Shown here piece by piece: positions 48,693 to 58,771 of a stretch of DNA of 64,000 nt. The position numbers and the translations under genes were made by a program. Numbering within the stretch: the first letter of the stretch is position 1; each line of letters opens with the position of its first letter. The stretch is from assembly GCA_965203325.1 (NCBI GenBank), contig OZ241875.1, positions 2,848,001 through 2,912,000 on the forward strand, read 5' to 3'. The notes beneath the pieces were generated by a model. It worked only from the letters and a program-made list of their open reading frames with translations, was not told where the DNA came from and did not search any database. Origin of the DNA: a bacterium. Its GTDB lineage: Bacteria > UBA8248.

Positions 48693-50213
48693 ATCAGAAA
48701 CAATCATTGTTTCGCTCGAAGGGTGTTCACCGTTCTTCTCTCGTTCGCGTTGATATTGCCGGGTTGCGGCGGAGGCGGGGGCGGAGGTTCTAATCACACA
48801 CCTGTTGTTATGCCGGATCCTCCTGAGATGGAAAATATCCCCGTACCATCCGGCATCGAGAATGTCGCGGGGGTGGATATTCGGGATACGTGGAAATCGC
48901 CTGAGCCGATCAAGTCCTATTTCGGTCTTGAAAGAGGCGGCAATCTCTCCCAGTTCGAGGGATTGGATGCGTCGCAGTATTCCGTCCTGGGGTCCAAAAA
49001 CGGGATTACATACGCGCAGCGGATGTCGGGTCCGACGGACACGATTGATATCGACTTCACCGGGTATTTCGACCCGTTGCCGGATTTTGTGAAGGGAGGC
49101 CTGGAAAGAGCGGGAAAGGCCTGGTCTCACAGGCTCAAGGATATACTTGGCCCCTTCATGTCAGGTGATTCTGTGGTGACACGCAAGGGGTTGGATGAGC
49201 ATGGGCAACAGATCCCGCGCCTGGTGGACGGGATTCTTCTTGACTTTGAAACTGATTTCGAGAATCCCAAGTGGGCTGGTAGACCTTGGGGTTACTCCAG
49301 GGGGCTATATCGGTACGAACAGGTGGAGGGGCAGGATTTTACGGTAAGGACGGGCTGGTTCGAGGTGGCGGCAATAGACATCAACAGAGGACCATCGTGG
49401 TTCGTTTATATCGCCGCTCATGAGATTGGCCACGCAATCGGGCATAGTGCGTCAAGCACTACGGTGCCGGAGGCAATTTCCCGTTATGTGGACCTCGACC
49501 GGGGGGTATGGACCGGCCCGGCAGTGACGGCTGCCAATGGAGGCAGGAACGTAGCTTTCCAGAGCGACCACAACGGCGAACCGGATGTTGGTCATCTGGG
49601 CGCTTGCGAGATGATCATGTCCTATTGCGGTCCTGAGATTGCAATCCCGCATGAGATGGATTTCGCCTATATGAAGGATATCGGGTACACCGTGGCGGAC
49701 GATTATCCTTCCGAGCCCGAGCTGTACAGCTATGGCGCATGGGCGGAACACTCGGCGTGGGTGGTTACGGCGGCCCGGCGCATGACTTTCACTTCCACTC
49801 GCATCACCGATCGCATTACGGTGGAGGCAGACGTTTTCGGGAACCCGGCAGTCACCAGTTTCGCCGACGCCCACAGGGGAACGCTGACGTGGAGCGGCTC
49901 CTTGCTGGCTACCGATATGAGTAAGTTCGCTCCGGTGTTCGGCGAGGCGGAAATCGTTCTCTCGGCCGAGGCGCTCGACGGCACGGTGCAGTTTATGAAC
50001 CTTCGCTCGGTAGTAGACGTGGAAGCGCAGGCCTGGCTCACGAGATGGCGGAAATCCGGCCTGGCGTATGACGTGACGGTGGAAGAAAACGGGTTCACGG
50101 ACGCAGACGGCAAAGTGATTGGCGGGTTTTACGGCCCGAACCACGAAGAAGCGGCGGGGATTCTCGATGATCGGACGGAGAAAATTCTCGGCGCCTTCGG
50201 CGGGAGAAGATGA
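48693..50213 (+). CDS. Lipoprotein with zinc metallopeptidase domain and C-terminal TbpB-like beta-barrel (start uncertain: ATC 48693 or ATG 48648)
   Basis: Lipobox LILPG-C then poly-Gly; HEIGHAIG with later His and IMSY Met-turn; C-terminal GGFYGPNHEEAAG...GAFGGRR. Confidence 0.8.
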   Translation: MRNNHCFARRVFTVLLSFALILPGCGGGGGGGSNHTPVVMPDPPEMENIPVPSGIENVAGVDIRDTWKSPEPIKSYFGLERGGNLSQFEGLDASQYSVLGSKNGITYAQRMSGPTDTIDIDFTGYFDPLPDFVKGGLERAGKAWSHRLKDILGPFMSGDSVVTRKGLDEHGQQIPRLVDGILLDFETDFENPKWAGRPWGYSRGLYRYEQVEGQDFTVRTGWFEVAAIDINRGPSWFVYIAAHEIGHAIGHSASSTTVPEAISRYVDLDRGVWTGPAVTAANGGRNVAFQSDHNGEPDVGHLGACEMIMSYCGPEIAIPHEMDFAYMKDIGYTVADDYPSEPELYSYGAWAEHSAWVVTAARRMTFTSTRITDRITVEADVFGNPAVTSFADAHRGTLTWSGSLLATDMSKFAPVFGEAEIVLSAEALDGTVQFMNLRSVVDVEAQAWLTRWRKSGLAYDVTVEENGFTDADGKVIGGFYGPNHEEAAGILDDRTEKILGAFGGRR

Positions 50214-50321
50214 GGACGGTCGCGACGCCAGCAAACATGAACGACTCCGGGTTTGCCTGTAGACAGATCGCGTATATATATCTATTTTTGAATTCCACCC
50301 TTTATCCTGAAAGGATAACAA

Positions 50322-51869
50322 ATCAAAAATAAAAAATGTTTCGCTCAAAAGGCATTCACCGTTCTTCTCTCGTTCGCGTTGATATTACCCGGCTGCGGCG
50401 GGGGTGGTGGCGGGGGTGGACGAATTTCCCGAACACCCATGTTCGTACCTGATGAGCATGATTATCATAGTACGATAGTCATCCTTCCATCCGAGGGACT
50501 GCCTTATCCGTTCTATCATGAAGGGAATGTGAGCGGTGGCCTTTATACACACTTCAGCATATCCGAACTGCCGGATCAGGATCCATCCGAAGCCAGGCAT
50601 CAGCCCGTCTATCATGACCACCAAGGAACCCAGCGCCTGTTCGTAGGTATCGACCAAGGCACAGCTTACTCGACTGGATACACGAGAGAACTTCCTGTCT
50701 ACCAAAGGCGATCCGGTACGGTTATACGATACGGCCAATTGGATTTTGACCCTGACCGTGGAGAAGTTGTTGCATTCATCGATGATGCGATGGACGAATC
50801 ATCGAACGTGAAACGCTATACGAAGTCTCCGGAGGTGCGAATTACCGGTCCCTCGACCCAGAAGGACAGAAATCGTGTAATTGCCGCCGTGAGGCTTGTA
50901 AATGCGTCTCTGCCCCCGCAATACAAGATGACCGTGGGACCGTCATTGCCCTCGAGCGCATATGATTATGATCGCGACATTACCAGGGACAACACCATCC
51001 ATATCCAGTTCAATCACGAAGATGTTGCGATTGCGCCTAACGCCGGTGGTATCACGTTTAATTATCCGATTAACGAAGACGGCGATATCGATGGCAATGA
51101 GATCAAGAGTTCGTTCATCGAGATAAACAAGGACGCGCCGGTATACATGGACTTTACGGACCGCCGTAACGTGATACTGATAGCGCATGAATTGATGCAT
51201 GCTTTGGGGTTCTATGGAGGAGATCATGTAGACTGGGTCAGATTCGCCTCAATCCTGGAGGGATACAACACCATATATCTTAACGGCCAGAGCACACCCC
51301 CATATGGGCATCCGTTCGCCCAACCGATGTCTCTCCTTTATCCGGTAGACCGCGCAGCAATCAGGGCGCTTTATTCATTGGATCCCGGCGACTCTCCCTA
51401 TGCACTCGGACCATGGAGCAGCACAGCGACGCACATTCACGGGAATCGCAAGCATACAGGTTTCGGTGTGGCTTATCGCAACGGCTATGCGGAACCGTGG
51501 GCTTACGGCTACAATCCGCCGTTCGACCTGAGACAGAACACATCCCTTCGCGGAAACGTCACCTGGCGAGGCACGTTACTTGGCTTTACGCCCCAGGTTC
51601 AGGCCGTTGCCGGCAACGCATTTGTAAGCGTGAATATGAGCAGTCTCAATGTACGTGCTGACTTTACCGGACTTGAGTTTTGGCGCACAGATACAGTCTG
51701 GGGAGATGGAAACCTGACATATTCGATCGCTGTCCGCGGCAACACCTTTAAGCAGACAGGTGGTGATGCCGGTATCCTGACAGGCATTTTTGTCGGTCAA
51801 TCTCATGAGGGTGCAGCCGGTACGCTCGAAAGAAGTGATTTAACAGCAGCCTTTGGCGCATCGCGATAG
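50322..51869 (+). CDS. Paralogous lipoprotein with zinc metallopeptidase domain and TbpB-like barrel (start uncertain: ATC 50322 or TTG 50379)
   Basis: Same signal peptide FTVLLSFALILPG-C plus poly-Gly; HELMHALGFYGGDH; C-terminal GIFVGQSHEGAAG...AAFGASR. Confidence 0.8.
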   Translation: MKNKKCFAQKAFTVLLSFALILPGCGGGGGGGGRISRTPMFVPDEHDYHSTIVILPSEGLPYPFYHEGNVSGGLYTHFSISELPDQDPSEARHQPVYHDHQGTQRLFVGIDQGTAYSTGYTRELPVYQRRSGTVIRYGQLDFDPDRGEVVAFIDDAMDESSNVKRYTKSPEVRITGPSTQKDRNRVIAAVRLVNASLPPQYKMTVGPSLPSSAYDYDRDITRDNTIHIQFNHEDVAIAPNAGGITFNYPINEDGDIDGNEIKSSFIEINKDAPVYMDFTDRRNVILIAHELMHALGFYGGDHVDWVRFASILEGYNTIYLNGQSTPPYGHPFAQPMSLLYPVDRAAIRALYSLDPGDSPYALGPWSSTATHIHGNRKHTGFGVAYRNGYAEPWAYGYNPPFDLRQNTSLRGNVTWRGTLLGFTPQVQAVAGNAFVSVNMSSLNVRADFTGLEFWRTDTVWGDGNLTYSIAVRGNTFKQTGGDAGILTGIFVGQSHEGAAGTLERSDLTAAFGASR

Positions 51870-52115
51870 AAAGAGAAGGAAAGACAGGAATGCCAGAGTG
51901 GGGATGGGGAAATATCAGGCTGATTCGTATCTTCCTGAAGAATCACTTCCCTCGGTACTGACTATTCGCCCGTCTTCGAGCAATCTGGAAAGGCGACAAA
52001 AAACGAAAAGAGAAATGCAAATTCCCTGGATTCCGACAATTCCTTCCTCCTCGGTCGGGGTTGATTGCCGGAATGACGGAAACCTTCGGATCGGCCTATT
52101 ACGGATTCGGAACCT

Positions 52116-52164
52116 GTAGGGACAGGTCGCGACCTCGGACAGGCATAGGGGCCTGACCGACTAC
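52116..52164. repeat. GTAG-type REP-like element
   Basis: gtagggacaggtcgcgacct identical to 31871-31890; ends ...gactac. Confidence 0.7.
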
Positions 52165-52193
52165 AGAGTCGAGCGCTCCCCACTTCGAAATTT

Positions 52194-52586
52194 TCAGAGA
52201 ACGTCCTCGTCCTCTAACAGCACCTTCGCCTTGGCCTCGTCGTCCGCGGTCAGGGCGACGTTCGCGTAACCGGCGTGGCGGTTCAGGATGTGCATGCTCT
52301 GGATGTTCACGCCCGCGACCTTGAATTTCTCCGCCACTTTGGCGAGCGCGCCGGGCTCGTCGCGCAGCCTGATGATCATCGCCTCGTCCGAGATCGCCCG
52401 GAAGCCCGCGTTCATGAGCACGCGCAGGGCGCGGTCGGATTCGTCCGTGGTCAGGATGACGACGCCCTTCTCCCCTGCGACTTCGGTGTTCAGGGCTTCG
52501 ATGTTGATGTTCTCGTCGGCCAGCGCCTTGCTGATGTCCGCGATGACGCCGACTTCGTCGCGCACCGTGATGATGATTCGATTCAT
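52194..52586 (-). CDS. Tandem ACT-domain protein
   Basis: DEVGVIADISKALADENINI and DEPGALAKVAEKFKVAGVNI; GAGGAGG RBS. Confidence 0.9.
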   Translation of the reverse strand: MNRIIITVRDEVGVIADISKALADENINIEALNTEVAGEKGVVILTTDESDRALRVLMNAGFRAISDEAMIIRLRDEPGALAKVAEKFKVAGVNIQSMHILNRHAGYANVALTADDEAKAKVLLEDEDVL

Positions 52587-52598
52587 CGAGAATCCTCC

Positions 52599-53729
52599 TC
52601 AGGCCGTTCGCCTGTGTTTTTGCTTCACGCAGTCGTCGACGAACTCGTTCACCATCTCGCGCGTGACGTGCGGCATGGTGATGATGTGGGCGATGTCGCC
52701 CAGCGGCGCGATTTGCCACTTGCGCGACACCTCGCCCGGGGGTCTCGGGAAAACGACCGTCACCGAGTTCTTGTGGCGCCACGCGGGGACCCCGAACTCG
52801 CCGAAGCGCTCGACGGCGTATTCGGCGACCGCGAGCATCTCCGCCACGAGCTCGCGGAACCCGTCCATCCCCAGGCGCTCGAAGGCGTACCACATCATGA
52901 GCGGCGTCAGCGCGTTGCGCGAGCCGGGCAGCGTGGTGTCGAGCACGCCGACGTATTCTATCGAGCGCGCGATGCGCGCCACGTAATCGCGCTTCGTCAG
53001 CACGACGCCGCAGGGCAGCGGACAGCCGATGAGCTTGTGGCCGCTGATGGATACGCTGTCGAAGCCTGCGTCGAAACCGTAGGGCTGCGGCTCGTCGACG
53101 AAGGGCAGAATCATGCCGCTCAGGGCGGCGTCCGCGTGGATGTAGGCGTTCGTGACGGCCAGGTCGTCCAGGATGCCGCGCACCTTGCCGACGTCGTCCA
53201 CGGCGCCTTTCATCGTGGAGCCGATGTTCGCCATGAAGATGACCGGCGCGTCGCGGTGGATGCGGATGGTCTCGCGGAGGTCCTCGTAGTCGATTTCCCC
53301 GTCGTCCCGGCTCTTGATCATGATGTTGCGCACGTTCAGCACGCGCAGGATCTTGAGGACGCTGTAGTGCGTGTCCTGGGAGAAATACACCACTCCGTCC
53401 GGGAACAACTCGCGCCCCATGTAGATGCCGTACATGTTGCCCTCGGTTCCGCCGGAGGTGACGTAGCCCCAGGCCTGCTCCTGCTCCAGATGCATCAGGG
53501 AGGCGAACCGGGCGATGACCTCGCGCTCGATCTCGTGGGTGTTGCTGCGGAAATTGCTGTCGTGAAAGGGGTCGCCGACGTTGTTGAGGGTGTATTCCAG
53601 AAAGGGCAGCAAGTCCGAATAATCGAAACTCTGGTTGCAGGGGTAGCCCACCTGCCGCTGCGCCAGCTCCTCGAAGTCGCGTTTCAAGGCGTCGAGATGC
53701 GCCCTGATCAGTGGATTCGGTTCGTTCAT
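52599..53729 (-). CDS. PLP-dependent group II decarboxylase, histidine decarboxylase-like
   Basis: GYPCN, NNVGDPF, WGYVTSGGTEGNMYG, DTHYS, HADAALSG, SISGHK (PLP lysine) and GSRN. Confidence 0.9.
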   Translation of the reverse strand: MNEPNPLIRAHLDALKRDFEELAQRQVGYPCNQSFDYSDLLPFLEYTLNNVGDPFHDSNFRSNTHEIEREVIARFASLMHLEQEQAWGYVTSGGTEGNMYGIYMGRELFPDGVVYFSQDTHYSVLKILRVLNVRNIMIKSRDDGEIDYEDLRETIRIHRDAPVIFMANIGSTMKGAVDDVGKVRGILDDLAVTNAYIHADAALSGMILPFVDEPQPYGFDAGFDSVSISGHKLIGCPLPCGVVLTKRDYVARIARSIEYVGVLDTTLPGSRNALTPLMMWYAFERLGMDGFRELVAEMLAVAEYAVERFGEFGVPAWRHKNSVTVVFPRPPGEVSRKWQIAPLGDIAHIITMPHVTREMVNEFVDDCVKQKHRRTA

Positions 53730-54058
53730 GGCTGGAGCCCTCCTGCTCGCGCGAGAGCAAGGCCTTTGGATTTTTCTCCGCACCCCCATCTCCCGCGGCT
53801 TTGGACGCCGGATGGCGGCGAAGATTCCACACGGCTTCAAGATACCCTATTTTCGGGGAGAGAAAAACGCCGGAATTTTCAACGCGCGGGCAACAAAACA
53901 GAATAGAGGTTGCGTGTGGTTCGGGGCGGTTTATGGTTTATGGCCTATGGGGCGGTGAATTGTTGACACCATGGGATGCCAGCCGTAAGATGCGCTCGAT
54001 TCGACATCCCGTGTGGCATGAGAAAAAGGTGCGTGTTGGAGCGCCGTGGGGGCAGGAA

Positions 54059-54415
54059 ATGCCGGAAGAATATCTACCCATATTGATTCTGATCGCGCTG
54101 GCCGTCGGCTTCGCCGTCGTGAACTTGGGCGTGACGTTCCTCCTGGGCAGGCGCAAGTCCACGGTGGAAAAAGACTTCGCCTATGAGTGCGGCATCGTGC
54201 CCGAATCGAACGCGCGCGGGCGCTTCAGCGTGAAATTCTTTCTGGTGGCGATACTGTTCATCGTCTTCGACGTGGAACTCATCTTCCTCTATCCGTGGGC
54301 GGTGAACTTGAAGAGCATGGGCGTGTACGCTTTTCTCGCGATTCTGCCTTTCATGGCTTTGCTGGTGGCCAGCCTGATTTACGAGTGGCGCCGGGGAGCA
54401 CTCGAATGGGACTAG
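54059..54415 (+). CDS. nuoA: NADH-quinone oxidoreductase subunit A
   Basis: [18 protein letters not shown] and [10 protein letters not shown]. Confidence 0.96.
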   Translation: MPEEYLPILILIALAVGFAVVNLGVTFLLGRRKSTVEKDFAYECGIVPESNARGRFSVKFFLVAILFIVFDVELIFLYPWAVNLKSMGVYAFLAILPFMALLVASLIYEWRRGALEWD

Positions 54416-54903
54416 AACAACAACTCGAAGGCCAGGTGGTGCTGGGCCGCGCGACCGACGTCATCAAATGGGCGCGTAAGAACAGCCTGTGGCCCGCGCT
54501 TTTCGGGCTGGCGTGCTGCGCCATCGAGATGATGTCGACCTCGGCGGCGAAATACGACATCTCGCGCTTCGGCGCCGAGGTGTTCCGCGCGTCGCCCCGC
54601 CAGGCGGATCTGATGATCGTGGCGGGCCGGGTGTCGCGCAAGATGGCGCCCGTGCTCCGGCAGATATACGATCAGATGCCCGAGCCGAAATGGGTGATCT
54701 CCATGGGCGCGTGCGCGTCCACGGGCGGGATATTCAACAACTACGCGCTCGTGCAGGGCGTGGACGAGGTCGTGCCCGTCGATATCTACGTGCCGGGCTG
54801 TCCGCCGCGCCCCGAAACGCTCATCGACGGGATCATGAAGCTCCAGGCGAAGATTGCGGATGAAAAGCTCTACCGAGAGGATTCCGGCGTCACCTCGCTT
54901 TAG
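54406..54903 (+). CDS. nuoB: NADH-quinone oxidoreductase subunit B
   Basis: [17 protein letters not shown] and PGCPPRPE. Confidence 0.97.
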   Translation: MGLEQQLEGQVVLGRATDVIKWARKNSLWPALFGLACCAIEMMSTSAAKYDISRFGAEVFRASPRQADLMIVAGRVSRKMAPVLRQIYDQMPEPKWVISMGACASTGGIFNNYALVQGVDEVVPVDIYVPGCPPRPETLIDGIMKLQAKIADEKLYREDSGVTSL

Positions 54904-55012
54904 ATGATGTGAGAAGGCTCCCCACGCCACGTGAGTTGGAAGTCAAAGCAGGGGCGGGGTGAGCGCTTTTTCGTGAAATGAACAAACCTTTGTGAAATGA
55001 GGGGTTAAGCCG

Positions 55013-55573
55013 TTGAGCGAAGAGGAGCGGGAGCAAACCGAGGCCGAAGAGCCGATCGAGAAAAAAGACCCCGACCTCGTTTTGCTTCAGGCGAAAATCG
55101 GGGAGGGCTTTCTCGGAGCGACGGAACATCGCGGGCAGATTTCCGCCCGGGTCGCGCCGTACGCCCTGCTCGATGCGGCGCGGTTTTTGCGCGATGAAAG
55201 AGGCTACAAGCTGCTGAGCTTCGTCTGCGGGGTGGATTGTCTGGAACTGCCGGTGTCCTACCGCTTCAAGGTGACGTATTCACTCCTGAACCCCGAGAGA
55301 TCGCGGCGTCTGCGGCTCGAAGCCCCTTGTGCGGACGATCTCGAGCCGGCGATGCCCAGCGTCTGCGGGATATGGCCGGGCGCGAGACTCCATGAGAGCG
55401 AGGCGTACGACCTTCTGGGCATCACCTTCGAGGGGCACCCCGAACTCGAGCGCATCCTTACGCCCGAGGGCTTCGAAGGTCATCCCCACCGCAAGGATTT
55501 CGACATCTCCGCCGAGCCTGTGGCGTTTACGTTCCGGGATACCCCCGCGGGCAAGCCCAAGGCGGCGGAATAA
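55013..55573 (+). CDS. nuoC: NADH-quinone oxidoreductase subunit C
   Basis: ESEAYDLLGITFEGHP and GHPHRKDF. Confidence 0.94.
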   Translation: MSEEEREQTEAEEPIEKKDPDLVLLQAKIGEGFLGATEHRGQISARVAPYALLDAARFLRDERGYKLLSFVCGVDCLELPVSYRFKVTYSLLNPERSRRLRLEAPCADDLEPAMPSVCGIWPGARLHESEAYDLLGITFEGHPELERILTPEGFEGHPHRKDFDISAEPVAFTFRDTPAGKPKAAE

Positions 55574-55591
55574 GGATTACGGGAGCTGGTT

Positions 55592-56815
55592 ATGGTAACG
55601 GATGCCCGGCAAACGGACCCCCTCGACAGCGACATGCTCGGTCCCATCCAGACCGAGACCATGACGCTCAACATGGGGCCGCAGCACCCGAGCACCCACG
55701 GGGTCTTGCGCGTAGTGCTCGAACTCGACGGCGAGACGGTGCTCACCTGCAAGCCCGTCATCGGCTACCTCCATACCGGCATCGAGAAGAACATGGAGGA
55801 GAAGACCTACAACAAGGCCCTCCCCATGACCGACCGCATGGATTACCTGGCGCCCATGTCGAACAATCTCGGCTTCGTCCTGGCGGTCGAGAAACTCCTG
55901 GACATGGAGGTTCCCCGGCGCTGTAAATACCTGCGCGTGCTGCTCGCGGAGATGACGCGCCTGAACAGCCACCTCGTCTGGCTCGGCACCCACGCGCTCG
56001 ATCTGGGGGCGATGACGGTCTTTCTCTATTGCTTCCGGGAGCGCGAGCAGCTCCTGAAGATTTTCGAGAAAGTTTCGGGCGTCCGCATGATGACCAGCTA
56101 TTTCCGGGTGGGCGGCGTGGCGCGCGAGCCCTACCCGACGTTTTATGACGACTGCCGGAATTTTCTGGAACCATTCTCAGAGCGCGTGGACGAGTACGAG
56201 GAGTTGCTCACGAACAACCCCATCTACCGGAGGCGCGCGGAAGGCGTGTGCGCCATGACGGTCGAGGAGGCCTACGCGCTCGGCATCACGGGGCCGCTGC
56301 TCAGGGCCTGCGGCGTTCCCTACGACATCCGCAAGAACGAGCCCTACTCGGGCTATGAAGAGTTCGACTTCGAGGTCCCCGTGGGCGAGCGGGGCGATAT
56401 TCTGGACCGGTATCTGGTGCGGGTCGCCGAGATGCGCGAGTCCCGGCGCATCGCCATGCAGGCGTTAGAAGGCATGCCCGAGGGTCCCCTCATGGCGGAC
56501 AACCCCAAGGTGGTGCCGCCGCCCAAGGAGCAGCTGGCCCACGACATGGAAGCGCTGATCCACCATTTCAAGATATTCACCGAAGGATACAGCGTGCCCG
56601 AGGGCGAGGTGTACCATGCCATCGAGTCCCCCCGGGGGGAGCTCGGCTATTACATCATCAGCGACGGCAGCCCGAGCCCTTATAAGGTAAAAGTGCGCGC
56701 GCCGAGTTTCGCGAACCTCCACGCGCTGGCCGATATCACCCGTGGCGGGCTGATGGGCGACGTCGTGGCCGCCATCGGCAGCATCGACATCGTGCTGGGC
56801 GAGATAGACCGCTAG
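55592..56815 (+). CDS. nuoD: NADH-quinone oxidoreductase subunit D
   Basis: NMGPQHPSTHGVLR, GYLHTGIEK and DIVLGEIDR. Confidence 0.97.
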   Translation: MVTDARQTDPLDSDMLGPIQTETMTLNMGPQHPSTHGVLRVVLELDGETVLTCKPVIGYLHTGIEKNMEEKTYNKALPMTDRMDYLAPMSNNLGFVLAVEKLLDMEVPRRCKYLRVLLAEMTRLNSHLVWLGTHALDLGAMTVFLYCFREREQLLKIFEKVSGVRMMTSYFRVGGVAREPYPTFYDDCRNFLEPFSERVDEYEELLTNNPIYRRRAEGVCAMTVEEAYALGITGPLLRACGVPYDIRKNEPYSGYEEFDFEVPVGERGDILDRYLVRVAEMRESRRIAMQALEGMPEGPLMADNPKVVPPPKEQLAHDMEALIHHFKIFTEGYSVPEGEVYHAIESPRGELGYYIISDGSPSPYKVKVRAPSFANLHALADITRGGLMGDVVAAIGSIDIVLGEIDR

Positions 56816-56839
56816 AGATAAATAGAGGATGACCTCGTT

Positions 56840-57439
56840 TTGGCGTTGATACGGTTTCCCCATTCCGGGCAGGAAGAGCGCTTCGAGTTCTCGCCCGAGA
56901 ACCGCGCGGAACTAGAGCGCATCATCGCCAAGTATCCCGTGAAGCGCTCGGCCCTCATCCCCGCGCTCCAGTTGGCCCAGGAGCAGGAGGGTTTCATCAC
57001 CAGCGCGGTGATGCAGCATGTGGCCGAGATTTTCGAGGTTTCCCCCATGGAGGTGTGGGGCGTGGTGAGCTTCTACACCATGCTCAAGACCCAGCCCATC
57101 GGGGAATACCACGTGCAGGTGTGCAACAACCTCTCGTGCGCCCTCATGGGTGCGGGCAGGCTGCTGCGCGAGATCGAAAACCGCCTCGATTGCCGCGTCG
57201 GCCACACGCGCGAGGACGGGAAATTCTCGATCGAGGCGGTCGAATGCCTGGGCGCGTGCGGGGGCGCTCCTTGCGTGCAGATAAACGAAAACTATTTCGA
57301 ATGCGTCACGCCCGAGATCATGAACGATATATTCAGCGCGCTGGAAAAGGGCGAGACCGTCTCGCCCATCGGGGCGGACGAGGTGGTATCGCCCGCACTG
57401 GCAGGCGCCGAAGAAGCAGACGGCGAAGGCCAGGGCTGA
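56840..57439 (+). CDS. nuoE: NADH-quinone oxidoreductase subunit E
   Basis: VCNNLSC...ECLGAC [2Fe-2S] motif. Confidence 0.95.
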   Translation: MALIRFPHSGQEERFEFSPENRAELERIIAKYPVKRSALIPALQLAQEQEGFITSAVMQHVAEIFEVSPMEVWGVVSFYTMLKTQPIGEYHVQVCNNLSCALMGAGRLLREIENRLDCRVGHTREDGKFSIEAVECLGACGGAPCVQINENYFECVTPEIMNDIFSALEKGETVSPIGADEVVSPALAGAEEADGEGQG

Positions 57440-57449
57440 GGGTCTGAAG

Positions 57450-58754
57450 ATGGCGTTGGTACTGGAAAAAATCGTGACGGGCCGGTTCGACAACCCCGAC
57501 GCGCCGCACATCGCGGGTTATGAGGCCACGGGCGGCTACGAGGCGATTCGGGGGCTCCTGGGTGGCGTCGAACCCGCAGACGTCATCGAGATGGTGAAGG
57601 CCTCAGGGCTGCGCGGGCGCGGCGGCGCGGGGTTTCCCTGCGGCCTCAAGTGGAGCTTTGTGCCCCAGGTGGACGGGCCGAAATACCTGGCCGTGAACGC
57701 GGACGAGGGGGAACCCGGCACGTTCAAGGACCGCGAACTCATGCTGCGCGACCCGCATCAGCTCATCGAGGGCATCCTCATCGCGTGTTACGCCGTGGGC
57801 ATCGAGAAGGCTTACATCTACATTCGCGGCGAGTTCGTCGCCCCCTGGCGCGCGGTGGAAAAAGCCCTGGCCGAGGCTTATGAAAAAGGCTACGTCGGCC
57901 AGAACATCATGGGCAGCGGTTTTTCGTGCGATATCTACACCCACCGCGGCGCGGGCGCCTACATCTGCGGCGAGGAGACGGGCCTTTTGGAGTCGCTCGA
58001 GGGCAAGCGCGGGCACCCGCGCCTCAAGCCGCCGTTTCCGGCGGTCATCGGCCTCTATGCGCGGCCCACGGTCATCAACAACGTGGAGACGCTCGCGAAT
58101 CTCCCCCACATCGTGAACAAGGGGGCGGAGTGGTTCGCCGGCATCGGAATCGACGAGAAGAACTCGGGCACCCGCATGTACTGCGTCTCGGGGCACGTGG
58201 CGAAGCCGGGCCTGTATGAACTGCCGCTCGGCCTCACGTGCGAGGAGATGATTCACGAGCACTGCGGCGGCATGCGGAACGGCGCGGCCTTGAAGGCGGT
58301 GATTCCCGGCGGCGCGAGCGCGCCCGCCCTCACCGCGCAGGAAGTATACGAAGACAAGGTGACGATGGATTTCGACTCTTTAGCCAAGGCGGGCAGCATG
58401 GGCGGCAGCGGCGGGGTCATCGTCATGGACGAGACGACGTGCATGGTGCAGGCGGCCGGCAGGCTCGCCGCCTTTTTCGAGCACGAATCCTGCGGGCAGT
58501 GCTCTGTCTGCCGGGAGGGAACCGGCTGGGTGTCCGAGATTCTGGCGCGCATGGAACGGGGCGAGGGGGTGCCCGACGATCTCGATACGCTCGCGTCGAT
58601 AGACCCCAACATGCGCGGCAACACCATCTGCGTGTTGTCTGATGCGTGCGCCATGATGTTCGGCGCGTTCCTGACGAAGTTTTACGATGAGTTCGAAGCG
58701 CACATCTCTCTGGGCCGCTGCCCGCTGGGCAGCCCGTATCCCGCCGCGATGTGA
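57450..58754 (+). CDS. nuoF: NADH-quinone oxidoreductase subunit F
   Basis: GRGGAGF, NADEGEPGTFKDR, GAYICGEET and ESCGQCSVCREG. Confidence 0.97.
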   Translation: MALVLEKIVTGRFDNPDAPHIAGYEATGGYEAIRGLLGGVEPADVIEMVKASGLRGRGGAGFPCGLKWSFVPQVDGPKYLAVNADEGEPGTFKDRELMLRDPHQLIEGILIACYAVGIEKAYIYIRGEFVAPWRAVEKALAEAYEKGYVGQNIMGSGFSCDIYTHRGAGAYICGEETGLLESLEGKRGHPRLKPPFPAVIGLYARPTVINNVETLANLPHIVNKGAEWFAGIGIDEKNSGTRMYCVSGHVAKPGLYELPLGLTCEEMIHEHCGGMRNGAALKAVIPGGASAPALTAQEVYEDKVTMDFDSLAKAGSMGGSGGVIVMDETTCMVQAAGRLAAFFEHESCGQCSVCREGTGWVSEILARMERGEGVPDDLDTLASIDPNMRGNTICVLSDACAMMFGAFLTKFYDEFEAHISLGRCPLGSPYPAAM

Positions 58755-58771
58755 TGGGGGAGAGGCGATAG

